A stretch of 64,000 bases of DNA from a virus (taxonomy: Duplodnaviria; Caudoviricetes): the IMG/VR virus record IMGVR_UViG_3300042013_000018, positions 1 to 64,000 of that record; one strand, 5' to 3'. Of this stretch, positions 1 to 9,038 are shown one piece after another. Position numbers and translations under genes: made by a program. Position 1 is the stretch's first letter. Each line of letters starts with the position of its first letter. The notes beneath the pieces were generated by a model. That model saw only the letters and a list, made by a program, of their open reading frames with translations. It was not told where the DNA came from and ran no database searches.

Positions 1-20
1 TTAATAGAGGAAGGATTGAG

Positions 21-266
21 ATGAACAAGGTCTCTCAGAAAATTAGCGGTAAAATCATGAAATTCGCAAAATTCACTGTTCATGGTGACACACCAACAAA
101 TTTCTACGTGTTCGAACGTGGTGATGGTGAGAATTATCGAGAGTGTTATTGGTCAGACTGGATCAAGGGTGACGCTAATCTTTACTATAAACTGAAAAAT
201 CTTGAAAAGAAAGATTTACCCGCATTCATAGCTCTTTGTGATGAGCTTTGCAAAATCAGGCATTGA
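21..266 (+). CDS. hypothetical phage protein
   Basis: 81-aa ORF with purine-rich RBS (AGAGGAAGG) upstream; co-oriented with neighbours. Confidence 0.7.
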   Translation: MNKVSQKISGKIMKFAKFTVHGDTPTNFYVFERGDGENYRECYWSDWIKGDANLYYKLKNLEKKDLPAFIALCDELCKIRH

Positions 267-291
267 CAAACCCAGCCACACCCTCTATCGT
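263..291 (+). promoter_or_regulatory. sigma70-like promoter
   Basis: TTGACA-17 nt-TATCGT in intergenic gap. Confidence 0.6.
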
Positions 292-390
292 GTGTGCTGT
301 GGAAGGGTTGATTGGAAGAAATGTATTGTTGGTAGATTGTGCTTGACATAAGTGGCTAGGATGTATTATCAAAATTAATTGGAGAATGAG

Positions 391-711
391 ATGAATTTGC
401 ACAGTGACATTATGAATATTCAGATTGATGAAGAAGACTTGAAAGCTAATCTTCCTAAAGCTTCATTCGCAGCTTATAAGGTGGGGCATCGTGACGCCCG
501 CCACGCGGCTGCGGAATTATCTTTGAAGGCTGAAGCTCGGATTGAGGAGCTTGAAAATATCCTTAACAAACTTCTATTCTCAATCACACCTGTAAGCAAT
601 GCAGCCTATAACCTTGCATGGCAACACCGAGATGAGCAGAGTGTTCACAGGAATATTGGTGTCTTGGATGAATTGCGTACGCAGGCTTATAAACTATTGG
701 AGGGTAAGTAA
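391..711 (+). CDS. hypothetical phage protein
   Basis: ORF 379..711; ATG at 391 is 6 nt after GGAG; TAATG coupling to next gene. Confidence 0.75.
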   Translation: MNLHSDIMNIQIDEEDLKANLPKASFAAYKVGHRDARHAAAELSLKAEARIEELENILNKLLFSITPVSNAAYNLAWQHRDEQSVHRNIGVLDELRTQAYKLLEGK

Positions 712-1154
712 TGAGCACCATCAAAACGAAATACAATTTGAAACAAGTGGTTTATCACGCATACTGTGAAAACCACCCTTATGCAGAACCTTGCCCAGAT
801 TGTGAAGGCACGGGCTATTGGGCACTGGCAAACAAAGAACAGAAAGTAGGTTGTCACACATGTAATAAAGAAGACCGTTGGCACAACACGCCGGGGGAGA
901 TTACTAAATACAAATACTTTGCCCGAGTGAATGAGTTGACAATTGGTCAAATTCAGGCAACTATTGGCCACTCCCCACAAATTCGGTACATGTGCAAAGA
1001 GACTGGTCTTGGTAGTGGGACTCTTTGGCCACAAGAACAGTTGACAGATGACTACGAAATTGCCAAAGAAGCTTCAAAGGTTTTGGCGGAACGTAAAAAT
1101 GATGGTGAAGATATTAAAGTTGAACAGCTCTATGTACAAATGGGTGGCAAATAA
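711..1154 (+). CDS. hypothetical protein with CxxC zinc-finger motifs (CPDCEGTG, CHTC)
   Basis: 147-aa ORF, translationally coupled both sides. Confidence 0.75.
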   Translation: MSTIKTKYNLKQVVYHAYCENHPYAEPCPDCEGTGYWALANKEQKVGCHTCNKEDRWHNTPGEITKYKYFARVNELTIGQIQATIGHSPQIRYMCKETGLGSGTLWPQEQLTDDYEIAKEASKVLAERKNDGEDIKVEQLYVQMGGK

Positions 1155-1381
1155 TGACCCACATCGCATATACCGACATGTCCCCAACAGAACGTCTCTC
1201 ATTTAACCAACATGGGACATACGATATTAAATACGTATTATCAGATAAAGAGTGGGAGGATATGTTGCGTAATATTGAGGTAGGAAAGGGGCTTGTTGGT
1301 GAAGAGGCTGTGGGAGACGTTGGCCCAGCGAACGTGGCTGAAAGGTGTGTAAATTGCACTAACTTGTGTGGTTTGAATTGA
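1154..1381 (+). CDS. hypothetical phage protein
   Basis: 75-aa ORF, TAATG overlap. Confidence 0.7.
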   Translation: MTHIAYTDMSPTERLSFNQHGTYDIKYVLSDKEWEDMLRNIEVGKGLVGEEAVGDVGPANVAERCVNCTNLCGLN

Positions 1382-1400
1382 AATTTAAGGTGGGGGAAGA

Positions 1401-1667
1401 GTGATGTTTACAGCTAAAGATATGGCTAACCTGATTAAAGAAACAAATGAGTGTCCAAACATTGATTATTGGATTGAGAATTCCTTGGCTGCACAATTTA
1501 AAGCCAACCCTAAAGCATTTGTGGCGACATCCATTCTCAGAGTTAACAAGTGGAGTCAGAAAGGTTTTAAAGATGCCATGAATGAACGTGGCTTCTCTGT
1601 AGAATATGTCAGTGATCAACGTGATGGGGATTTCTATCAAATCACTTATCCACCACAGGAGCTATAA
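1401..1667 (+). CDS. hypothetical phage protein
   Basis: 88-aa ORF, RBS AAGGTGGGGG. Confidence 0.75.
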   Translation: MMFTAKDMANLIKETNECPNIDYWIENSLAAQFKANPKAFVATSILRVNKWSQKGFKDAMNERGFSVEYVSDQRDGDFYQITYPPQEL

Positions 1668-1669
1668 GA

Positions 1670-1867
1670 ATGGAAAACTATACAACTAAATACTTTCTTT
1701 CTCATGACATCCTTGGGGAAGCTGAAGTAAGTAAACAAGATTATATTAAGGCAGAGCGAGCAGCAGGATTTTATCCTAAGTCTGGTAGTTTGGATGATTG
1801 TGCTACATCGGCATTTGGCGGCATTGGTTTGTGCGGACATACGAGGACAACTAAAAATGTTGATTAA
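1670..1867 (+). CDS. hypothetical phage protein
   Basis: 65-aa ORF, RBS CAGGAG. Confidence 0.7.
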   Translation: MENYTTKYFLSHDILGEAEVSKQDYIKAERAAGFYPKSGSLDDCATSAFGGIGLCGHTRTTKNVD

Positions 1868-2099
1868 CATCTCTGCTGGGATTCATCATTATTCTGCTGA
1901 TGAGATTATTGGGTGGGCTAACTCGGGGATATTGTATTGTGGGGAAGTGGATTTGAGTGGTTTGGTGGGAAGGTTATTGGAGGATAGGGATAACACCAAT
2001 AAAGTTTATAAATATACTCAGGAAGACCTTGACGACGAGCGTTCAGAAGGGTATTCTGAGGGGATTAGTGCCTGTATGGGTGCGCTCGATAATTTGTGA
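1857..2099 (+). CDS. hypothetical phage protein
   Basis: In-frame ATG at 1857 after GAGGA within ORF 1794..2099. Confidence 0.7.
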   Translation: MLINISAGIHHYSADEIIGWANSGILYCGEVDLSGLVGRLLEDRDNTNKVYKYTQEDLDDERSEGYSEGISACMGALDNL

Positions 2100-2120
2100 T
2101 TAATGTCTTAGGAGAATAAC

Positions 2121-3824
2121 GTGGCTTGTATTGAAAAGATTAAACACGCAGTAGAACATTGCTCATCAGAAAAGGGCTTGCAAATCTTTTACGATGATGG
2201 CAAGAACAAGTTTACTGGATATTGCTTCAGTTGTGCTGCTCGTGGTCTGGAAGCTTATGTAGAAGATCCTTATAATGGTAAACAACCTAAGCCACCAAAA
2301 GCCAAAACTAAAGAGGAAATCTTTGAGGAAATTCAAGAAGTAAGGGCACTTAAGACTCCAGACTTTGAGTGGCGGTCTATCCCTGCTGAATACTATCGTC
2401 GGGCTGGCGTTCGCGTTGCTTATAGCGAGGAAGATGGACAAACACCTTTCAGCCTGAACTTCCCTTATTCCTTGAACGGAGAATTGATGGGATTCAAGAC
2501 TATTATGCTTCATAAGAAAGCAATGTGGTCTATTGGTGGTATTAAGGGTGCAGATCTTTTCAATTGGGAAGTTGCCAAGAAGAAGGGAGTACGCCGTCTA
2601 TACATTACCGAGGGAGAATTCGATGCCCTTGCCCTTGAGACTATGCTTGAGACTCACGCTAAAGCTAAAAAGTCTCAATATGATAAGTTTGCAGTAGTGA
2701 GCCTGCCTCATGGTGTAGGCAGCGCTGTTACGACTATTGGGCGAATGCGCAAAGACATCGAAGCAGTATTTGACCAAGTGGTTTGCGTGTTTGATAATGA
2801 TGAGCCGGGTAAGAAAGCCCTTAAAGATGTTCAGAAAATTATGCCTGACATCCTTACGGCCACCTACCCAACAAGTGCAAAAGATAGTAACGAAGCTTTG
2901 ATGCGTGGTGAGGGGCTTATCTTTGCAGAGTTCTGCATTTGGAAAAGTGCAAAGCCTGTAAGTGAGGGTGTTGTAAACGTATCAACCGTACTAACACGAA
3001 CAACTGAGCCGCCTACAATGGGTTTGTCTTACCCGTGGGAAGAGCTCACAACTATGGTGTTTGGTCAGCGGTTTGGTGAGGCAACTTGTCTAGGTGCTGG
3101 CGTCGGCGTTGGTAAGACCCTGTTGGCACACGAAGCACAAGCTTGGAATATTACTGAGCATAAAGAAAAAGTATTCATGTGTTTGTTGGAAGAGGATAAC
3201 GATCAAACCCTGTATAATATGGCAGGTAAGATTGACTCTATTCCTTACCACTACCCAGATGTAGCACAAAACAACTGGGATCAGTTTCAAGAGACTGCGC
3301 GCAGCCTTGAAGGTAACTTGTTTCTGTGGGAGTCCGAGGGCAACACTGATTCACGATTTGACATAGAGGAGATTCTTAAGGCAGTTCGTTACAATACTAT
3401 GGAGTATGGCGTTCGTTTCCATGTTATTGATAACATTACACGTCTTGTGGATCACTTGACCTCTACAGAGGCTAATGAGTTCATCAATAAATGGTCTAGC
3501 GAGATTGCTAACTTGGCATCTGAACTTAAAATTCACATTGATATGTTCAGCCACTTGAACCCCCCAAAAGGTAAAGATGTACGGGATCATGAATCAGGTG
3601 GCGAAGTTTTGGCTTCACAATTCACAGGCAGTCGTGGTATCATGCGTTCTTTCCCTATCTTGATGGGTTTTGAACGTAATAAGATGGCTGATGGTCAGCG
3701 TAAATCAAATAGCTTTATCTCTTGCATTAAGAACCGCAAGTATGGTGGTGAAGGCAAGATTAAAACACAATACCAATCCAATGGCCGTTTGATCAGCTAT
3801 GATTGGGATGGCGATTCATTGTAA
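2121..3824 (+). CDS. DNA primase-helicase (T7 gp4-like: Zn-binding, TOPRIM, DnaB-like SF4 helicase)
   Basis: CFSC Zn motif, ITEGEFDAL and FDNDEPG TOPRIM motifs, Walker A GAGVGVGKT, KNRKYG arginine finger; GTG start with TAGGAG. Confidence 0.93.
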   Translation: MACIEKIKHAVEHCSSEKGLQIFYDDGKNKFTGYCFSCAARGLEAYVEDPYNGKQPKPPKAKTKEEIFEEIQEVRALKTPDFEWRSIPAEYYRRAGVRVAYSEEDGQTPFSLNFPYSLNGELMGFKTIMLHKKAMWSIGGIKGADLFNWEVAKKKGVRRLYITEGEFDALALETMLETHAKAKKSQYDKFAVVSLPHGVGSAVTTIGRMRKDIEAVFDQVVCVFDNDEPGKKALKDVQKIMPDILTATYPTSAKDSNEALMRGEGLIFAEFCIWKSAKPVSEGVVNVSTVLTRTTEPPTMGLSYPWEELTTMVFGQRFGEATCLGAGVGVGKTLLAHEAQAWNITEHKEKVFMCLLEEDNDQTLYNMAGKIDSIPYHYPDVAQNNWDQFQETARSLEGNLFLWESEGNTDSRFDIEEILKAVRYNTMEYGVRFHVIDNITRLVDHLTSTEANEFINKWSSEIANLASELKIHIDMFSHLNPPKGKDVRDHESGGEVLASQFTGSRGIMRSFPILMGFERNKMADGQRKSNSFISCIKNRKYGGEGKIKTQYQSNGRLISYDWDGDSL

Positions 3825-3839
3825 TTTTAGGAGTTAGTA

Positions 3840-5762
3840 ATGCAGGAATATCAAGGTAAAGAAGAGGTTGTTTTCGACTGTGAAACTGACGGCTTCAGCG
3901 CAACCAAGATTCACGTAGTTAGCAGTAATAATGTAACAACAGGATCAGAGCGTTCGTTTATTAAGTATGAACAAATGCGTTCTTTCCTTGAAAATCCTGA
4001 TGCTGTACTTATTGCTCATAATTCGGAGTCGTTCGATAAACCTACTCTTGAGCGTGTTTTGGGAATTAAAATCAAGGCAACTTTGATTGATACCCTTGGC
4101 TTGTCTTGGTATTTGTATCCGACACGCCAGCTTCACGGCCTTGCATCATGGGGTGAAGATTTTGGTGTGCCAAAACCAGAAGTTGAGGATTGGGATAATC
4201 AGCCAATTGAAGTTTATATCAATCGCTGTGAGGAAGACGTAAAGATTAACACAGCCCTTTGGCTGAAGATTAAGAAAGATCTTCAAACACTGTATGGCAA
4301 GGAAAACTTCTGGATTGCTGTTGACTACATTTGTTTTAAGATGAAGTGTGCGGCTTTGCAAGAGAAGTGCAAGTGGAAGCTTGACGTACCTAAAGCGAAA
4401 GAGCTTATTGCAGAGTTTGAAAAGAAAATTGAGGAAAGTAAGAATACATTGCAAGAGGTTATGCCTAAAGTTCCTGTGTATGTGACTAAAACTAGACCAA
4501 AGAAGCCTTTCAAAAAGGACACAAGCCTATCTGCAACAGGCGAGGCATGGAAAGCTCTCTGTGAAGAGCACGGCTATGACTTTGATTATCAAGGAGAAAT
4601 CAAGTATATCAAGGGATATGATGAACCTAACGGCGGCAGTCCGTTGCAGATTAAGTCATGGCTATATAGCTTAGGTTGGGTTCCTCAGCTGTATGCATAC
4701 AAACGCAACAAAGAAACTGGGGAAGTTAAGAAGATTGAGCAGATTAAGAATAAAGACACAGGGGATTTGTGCCCTGACATAATTCGCTTGATCGAGAAGA
4801 CGCCAGAGCTTCAAGTGCTGGAAGACTTATCTGTACTAAGTCACCGCAAGTCTGTGGTCGGTGGTTTTATTGATGATGTGGATGAAAATGGCTTTATTGC
4901 CGCACGAATTCAAGGCTTCACGAATACGCTTAGATTTCGGCATAAAGTATTTTTGAACATTCCATCACTGCGCAAGCCCTACGGAAAGGAAATTCGGGGG
5001 TTGTTGATTGCTCGTAGTGACGATATGGAGCTTATGGGGGCAGATTGCAGCAGCCTCGAGGACCGCACGGGTCAACATTTCATGTGGAAGTATGATCCTG
5101 ACTATGTGCGGGATATGATGCAAGATGACTTCGATCCTCATTGTGACATTGCTGCTGAAGCTGGCTTGATGACTGCTGATGAAGTTGCGGCCTACAAGCT
5201 TATGGATGCACAAGATTTAAAGGAAATGGACTACAACGGAAAACACTACGCTAAAAAAGCCTTGGGGCTGAAGCGCCACGCTGGTAAAAGCTGTAACTAT
5301 GCTAGTAAGTATGGCGCTGGCGGACCTACTATCGCCCGTGCTGCTGGTGTTAGTGAGGTAACGGGTAATAAGTTGCACAAAGCATATTGGAGTCGTAATT
5401 GGTCGCTTAAAAAGATAGCTGATGATTGTATTGTAAAGCAATCTCTTGGAGTGAAATGGCTTTGGAATCCTATTGCAAACATGTGGTACTGGCTCAAAAC
5501 AGATAAGGATAAGTTTAGTACCTTAAATCAAGGCACAGGCACCTATTGCTTTGACATGTGGATTAAGGAAGTCTTAAAACGTCGTCAACAGCTTACAGGG
5601 CAAGCACACGACGAAGGGATTTGGGAAGTAAAGAAAGGGTATCGGGAACAAGCAGCAAAACTCCTCAAGGATGCTATTCAAGAGGTTAACAAACAACTTA
5701 AATTAAATCGTGATTTGGATGTTGGAGTGCAATTTGGGGCAAACTATGGCGAAATTCACTAA
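3840..5762 (+). CDS. family A DNA polymerase with 3'-5' exonuclease domain
   Basis: Exo I FDCETDG, Exo III CEEDV, motif A GADCSSLEDR, motif B KSCNYASKYGAG, motif C QAHDE. Confidence 0.95.
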   Translation: MQEYQGKEEVVFDCETDGFSATKIHVVSSNNVTTGSERSFIKYEQMRSFLENPDAVLIAHNSESFDKPTLERVLGIKIKATLIDTLGLSWYLYPTRQLHGLASWGEDFGVPKPEVEDWDNQPIEVYINRCEEDVKINTALWLKIKKDLQTLYGKENFWIAVDYICFKMKCAALQEKCKWKLDVPKAKELIAEFEKKIEESKNTLQEVMPKVPVYVTKTRPKKPFKKDTSLSATGEAWKALCEEHGYDFDYQGEIKYIKGYDEPNGGSPLQIKSWLYSLGWVPQLYAYKRNKETGEVKKIEQIKNKDTGDLCPDIIRLIEKTPELQVLEDLSVLSHRKSVVGGFIDDVDENGFIAARIQGFTNTLRFRHKVFLNIPSLRKPYGKEIRGLLIARSDDMELMGADCSSLEDRTGQHFMWKYDPDYVRDMMQDDFDPHCDIAAEAGLMTADEVAAYKLMDAQDLKEMDYNGKHYAKKALGLKRHAGKSCNYASKYGAGGPTIARAAGVSEVTGNKLHKAYWSRNWSLKKIADDCIVKQSLGVKWLWNPIANMWYWLKTDKDKFSTLNQGTGTYCFDMWIKEVLKRRQQLTGQAHDEGIWEVKKGYREQAAKLLKDAIQEVNKQLKLNRDLDVGVQFGANYGEIH

Positions 5763-5772
5763 TGGAGTTAAA

Positions 5773-6321
5773 ATGAAGGAAGTGTGGAAACCTATTATTC
5801 TTGACGATATTCAAGAACGTTATGCAGTGAGCAGTTTCGGAAGGGTGATTGACTTAAAGAATCAAAAGTACATGATTTGGCATGATAATGGCGCTGGCTA
5901 CATGAATGTTGGCCTGATGGGTCCACGATCAAAAGTGCGAGTTCGTTATGTCCATCGTTTGGTAGCTATTGCTTTCATTGAAAATCCTTTAAACTTGCCA
6001 CAAGTAGCTCATGGTGATCATGATAGGTCGAACAATAATTTGTGGAATCTGAAATGGTCTAGCCAGAAAGATAATACAGCCGAAGGTATTGAGGCTGGTA
6101 GGATCAATGCAAATCGACCTAAGACAAATCGTAAAGTGACACCAAGTCTTATTTGTGAAATTGCTTTGCTACACAGTCAAGGAAAAGGTGTGAACGAAAT
6201 TGCCTTGACATTAGGCTTTCCAAGGACTACAATTTCAAGCGTGTTTAATGGCCGTAGTAATTGGGAACTGTTTGAGTTTGTGACAAAAGAAATCAAAAAT
6301 AAAGCTTTACAATCCCCGTAA
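5773..6321 (+). CDS. NUMOD4-HNH homing endonuclease with C-terminal HTH
   Basis: WKPI..YAVSSFGRV NUMOD4 pattern; VHRLVAIAFIENP..VAHGDHDRSNN..NLKW; ATG 5773 after GGAG. Confidence 0.88.
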   Translation: MKEVWKPIILDDIQERYAVSSFGRVIDLKNQKYMIWHDNGAGYMNVGLMGPRSKVRVRYVHRLVAIAFIENPLNLPQVAHGDHDRSNNNLWNLKWSSQKDNTAEGIEAGRINANRPKTNRKVTPSLICEIALLHSQGKGVNEIALTLGFPRTTISSVFNGRSNWELFEFVTKEIKNKALQSP

Positions 6322-6333
6322 AGCTGCTAGAAT
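6306..6333 (+). promoter_or_regulatory. sigma70-like promoter with extended -10
   Basis: TTTACA-16 nt-TAGAAT with TGn before -10. Confidence 0.5.
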
Positions 6334-6360
6334 GTACGAACTGAAATTAAATAGGAGAAG

Positions 6361-6743
6361 ATGATGTCTGAGTTCAAAATCGGGGCGCTAGTAAAACGAA
6401 ATACCGGCAGCTTTGACAAAGCTTCACTGTTGAGGATGGTTTGAGACTGACAGACCTTAAAGGCAACCTGATTGATGGTCTTTATGATGATCAGTTCTTT
6501 GAAGTAGTTGTAGAAGAGAAAGAATCTGTCAGCAATGTCCAAGAACACTACGCAGCAGCCTTCAACGCTTGGATGAATGACTACACTAACAATCCACAAG
6601 CCTTTGAAGACTCTCACACTACAGCTATCCGTCACTTGACAGAGAAGCTTAATGGAGAGGAGCCTAGTTACGGGCAGCTTTCGGCAGAATTGTTTCAAGA
6701 CTATTTGAATAAAGTAAGTAATACGACACGGAAGGGTGTATAA
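6361..6743 (+). pseudogene. frameshifted hypothetical gene (two frames joined near 6415-6425)
   Basis: Strong RBS TAGGAG + ATG 6361 gives MMSEFKIGALVKRNTGSFDK then stops at 6444; the -1 frame opens at 6417 and continues FTVEDGLRLTDLKG... to 6743 with no RBS of its own. Confidence 0.55.
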
Positions 6744-6913
6744 TGAAATGGTTTGAAGTTATTGAAGATCTTGGTGACGGCAGCAATGCAACACGTCGTT
6801 TTAAAACAGAAGCTGAGGCTATTCGCTATGTTGAAATTAATGAAGAATGGTGTTATGATGGCTATGATCAAGTAGATACAGATTCGTCACAATTCTTTGA
6901 CGAAGTTGAATAA
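6743..6913 (+). CDS. small acidic hypothetical protein (56 aa, not in ORF track)
   Basis: TAATG coupling, RBS GAAGGGTG; MKWFEVIEDLGDG...FFDEVE. Confidence 0.7.
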   Translation: MKWFEVIEDLGDGSNATRRFKTEAEAIRYVEINEEWCYDGYDQVDTDSSQFFDEVE

Positions 6914-6936
6914 TTAACTAAATTAGGAGAAACAAA

Positions 6937-7101
6937 ATGAGTAACTTTACATACGCCGTAGTAGAAAAAGCAACTGGTTTGACTCTGCAAGCAACCACTA
7001 CACGGGAGTCTGCGCGTGAGTTGAAACGAGAGTTTGAAAGCTATAACTCTGGTAATACTTTCCAGATTGTTCAGTTTACTAAATCGAAAGTAGTACGCTA
7101 A
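6937..7101 (+). CDS. small hypothetical protein (54 aa, not in ORF track)
   Basis: RBS TAGGAG; MSNFTYAVVEKATG...KVVR. Confidence 0.75.
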   Translation: MSNFTYAVVEKATGLTLQATTTRESARELKREFESYNSGNTFQIVQFTKSKVVR

Positions 7102-7102
7102 T

Positions 7103-7330
7103 ATGGGCACTGTTCGATTCGTTGACACACGTTCCTCTGGTGATTCATACTCTACAATTGAATATGAATTTGAAAGTTATGCTGACTTCAAGGATTATCT
7201 TGAGTCACAACGACAGGCAGCAGCTGCGGTGGTTAACAATATGATGTTTGGCAGCAATACAGAAGATTATGGTGCAGAGCCAAGCGCTGTTGTTGAGACA
7301 GCTGTTAAGAAGAAAGAAACAAAACACTAG
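7103..7330 (+). CDS. hypothetical phage protein
   Basis: 75-aa ORF 1 nt after previous stop. Confidence 0.65.
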   Translation: MGTVRFVDTRSSGDSYSTIEYEFESYADFKDYLESQRQAAAAVVNNMMFGSNTEDYGAEPSAVVETAVKKKETKH

Positions 7331-7340
7331 GGAGAAAGAT

Positions 7341-7553
7341 ATGAGTAAAACACGAACGTTTAGTTTCCCACTATTTGGGATTCTAGGGCTGATCTTTGTA
7401 ACACTTAAGTTGGCTGAAATTGGTGCTGTAGCAACTTGGAGCTGGATTTGGGTACTTAGTCCATTTTGGTTACCAGTGACAATTCTCTTGGGTGGGTTGG
7501 TAATCTGTGCTATTGTAGTATTCTTGTTGGCTTGTATGGCTGATAGGAAATGA
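7341..7553 (+). CDS. membrane protein (2 predicted TM helices)
   Basis: ATG 7341 after GGGAG; FGILGLIFVTLKL..WSWIWVLSPFWLP hydrophobic pattern common in phages. Confidence 0.8.
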   Translation: MSKTRTFSFPLFGILGLIFVTLKLAEIGAVATWSWIWVLSPFWLPVTILLGGLVICAIVVFLLACMADRK

Positions 7554-7642
7554 AGAATTTAGCGAAAGCTAATGTTGCCACACGGCAAGCGTTGTAAATG
7601 TAAGCGTTACAATTAACTTAAATTGAAAAGGAAACATTAAAG

Positions 7643-8266
7643 ATGGCAACTCTGAACGCAGTATTTGGTTACGTGAAACTTCAACAACCAGACTTCAAGT
7701 TTGGCTCTACTACAGAAAAAGAATTCACTGTAGATTGTATTGTTGAGAAAGTTGATGCTAAAGCTTGGAACAAGAAGTACCCAAAACAGAAAGCAAAGGA
7801 ACTGGATCGTGCAGACTTTGAAAAGATTTACAAGATTGACGCTCCATATGAAGGCGATGAAATCTATGTAATCAAGATGAAGAAGCCAGCACAGTACAAG
7901 GATCTGCAACCAATCCCTGATGCACTTCGCCCCCGTGTATTTGAGAAAGGTGATAACGGTAAGCTTGTAGACATCACTAAAGATAAGCTTGTGTCTAATG
8001 GCTCTAAAGGTGTTGTTAGTTACGATGAAGTGACTAATGATTTTGGTACTTTTGCCAAGCTTAAAGCTATTCGTGTTGACTCGCTGATTGAGTACAAGAA
8101 AGCTGGTGGCGCAGCGAACTATGACGAACTGGGCGAAGTTGAAAGTTTGGCTACAGACTTCGATGATGTACCTGAACGGGAATTGTCCAGTGCTCAGAAG
8201 GCTTCTCAAGCTAAAGCGCCAGTAGTTGCAGACGAAGATATTGATCCGGAAGATATTCCATTTTAA
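7643..8266 (+). CDS. ssb: single-stranded DNA-binding protein (putative)
   Basis: Located in replication module; acidic C-terminal tail ending DEDIDPEDIPF typical of SSBs. Confidence 0.7.
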   Translation: MATLNAVFGYVKLQQPDFKFGSTTEKEFTVDCIVEKVDAKAWNKKYPKQKAKELDRADFEKIYKIDAPYEGDEIYVIKMKKPAQYKDLQPIPDALRPRVFEKGDNGKLVDITKDKLVSNGSKGVVSYDEVTNDFGTFAKLKAIRVDSLIEYKKAGGAANYDELGEVESLATDFDDVPERELSSAQKASQAKAPVVADEDIDPEDIPF

Positions 8267-8312
8267 TCTAACAAACTAAGCCAAGGAAGGCTTTCGTTAT
8301 AAGGAGAGATTT

Positions 8313-8555
8313 ATGAACGAAACATCTGCAAAATTGTTTGAAGATAAAAATTTCATCAGTGTTCCGCTAGACTGCTTGTTTGAGAAAAGCCTTCCAGAAC
8401 ATTTGATTATTGCTCTGGCTGCTTACGATGTGTATTCACAGAATAAGTTTGGTGTAGATACTGTAGAACTTATGAAAGAAAAGAATGCACGGATTGTAAT
8501 TCAATTGTTTGATGATGAACTTAGTTTCAATCTGACAAATAAATTTAACGTATAA
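8313..8555 (+). CDS. hypothetical phage protein
   Basis: 80-aa ORF, RBS AAGGAG. Confidence 0.75.
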   Translation: MNETSAKLFEDKNFISVPLDCLFEKSLPEHLIIALAAYDVYSQNKFGVDTVELMKEKNARIVIQLFDDELSFNLTNKFNV

Positions 8556-8570
8556 TTAGGAGAAATGGAC

Positions 8571-8726
8571 ATGACTGAACAAGTAAATATGAAACCAAAA
8601 GCAGTACACGAAGCTACTGTGCAAAAACTGTATGCTGCCCTGCAACAAGCAACAGGTAATGGTGATCCAGAACTTATTAGTGCTTTGAGTTCTGCAATCC
8701 AACGTCTTAACTATACTGTACTTTAA
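8571..8726 (+). CDS. small hypothetical protein (51 aa, not in ORF track)
   Basis: RBS TAGGAG; MTEQVNMKPKAVHEA...NYTVL. Confidence 0.7.
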   Translation: MTEQVNMKPKAVHEATVQKLYAALQQATGNGDPELISALSSAIQRLNYTVL

Positions 8727-8736
8727 GGAGAAATAC

Positions 8737-8988
8737 ATGAAAGAGAAACAAGAGCTTTATAATCGTGCATATCAATTGGAACAAGAAATCCTCACTCTGT
8801 CCGAGGATTTGAAAGAATTGAAAGGTGAGTACACTTACGAAAAAGAATACAACACTGATGGTTTCCCTAAAGCTGATGTTGCAGATATTATGAAAGCAGC
8901 TAAAGCTAAGGTTAAACAAGACGATCTTATGGCTAAAGCTGACGAATACAATAAGCTGCAAGAGATTCAGGATATGTATTCGAAGTAA
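8737..8988 (+). CDS. putative dsDNA-binding protein (T4 DsbA / GapR-like coiled coil)
   Basis: 83 aa, RBS AAGGAG; pattern L.EDLKELK.E....G...A.V..I.KA resembles DsbA/DUF2312 by eye. Confidence 0.5.
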   Translation: MKEKQELYNRAYQLEQEILTLSEDLKELKGEYTYEKEYNTDGFPKADVADIMKAAKAKVKQDDLMAKADEYNKLQEIQDMYSK

Positions 8989-9002
8989 ATAGCAAACAAA
9001 AT

Positions 9003-9020
9003 AGGGGCCTCGTGCCCCTT
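9003..9020 (+). terminator. GC-rich hairpin, possible terminator or processing site
   Basis: AGGGGC-CTCGT-GCCCCT; weak U tract. Confidence 0.4.
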
Positions 9021-9038
9021 ACTTATAAGGAGTAAGGA

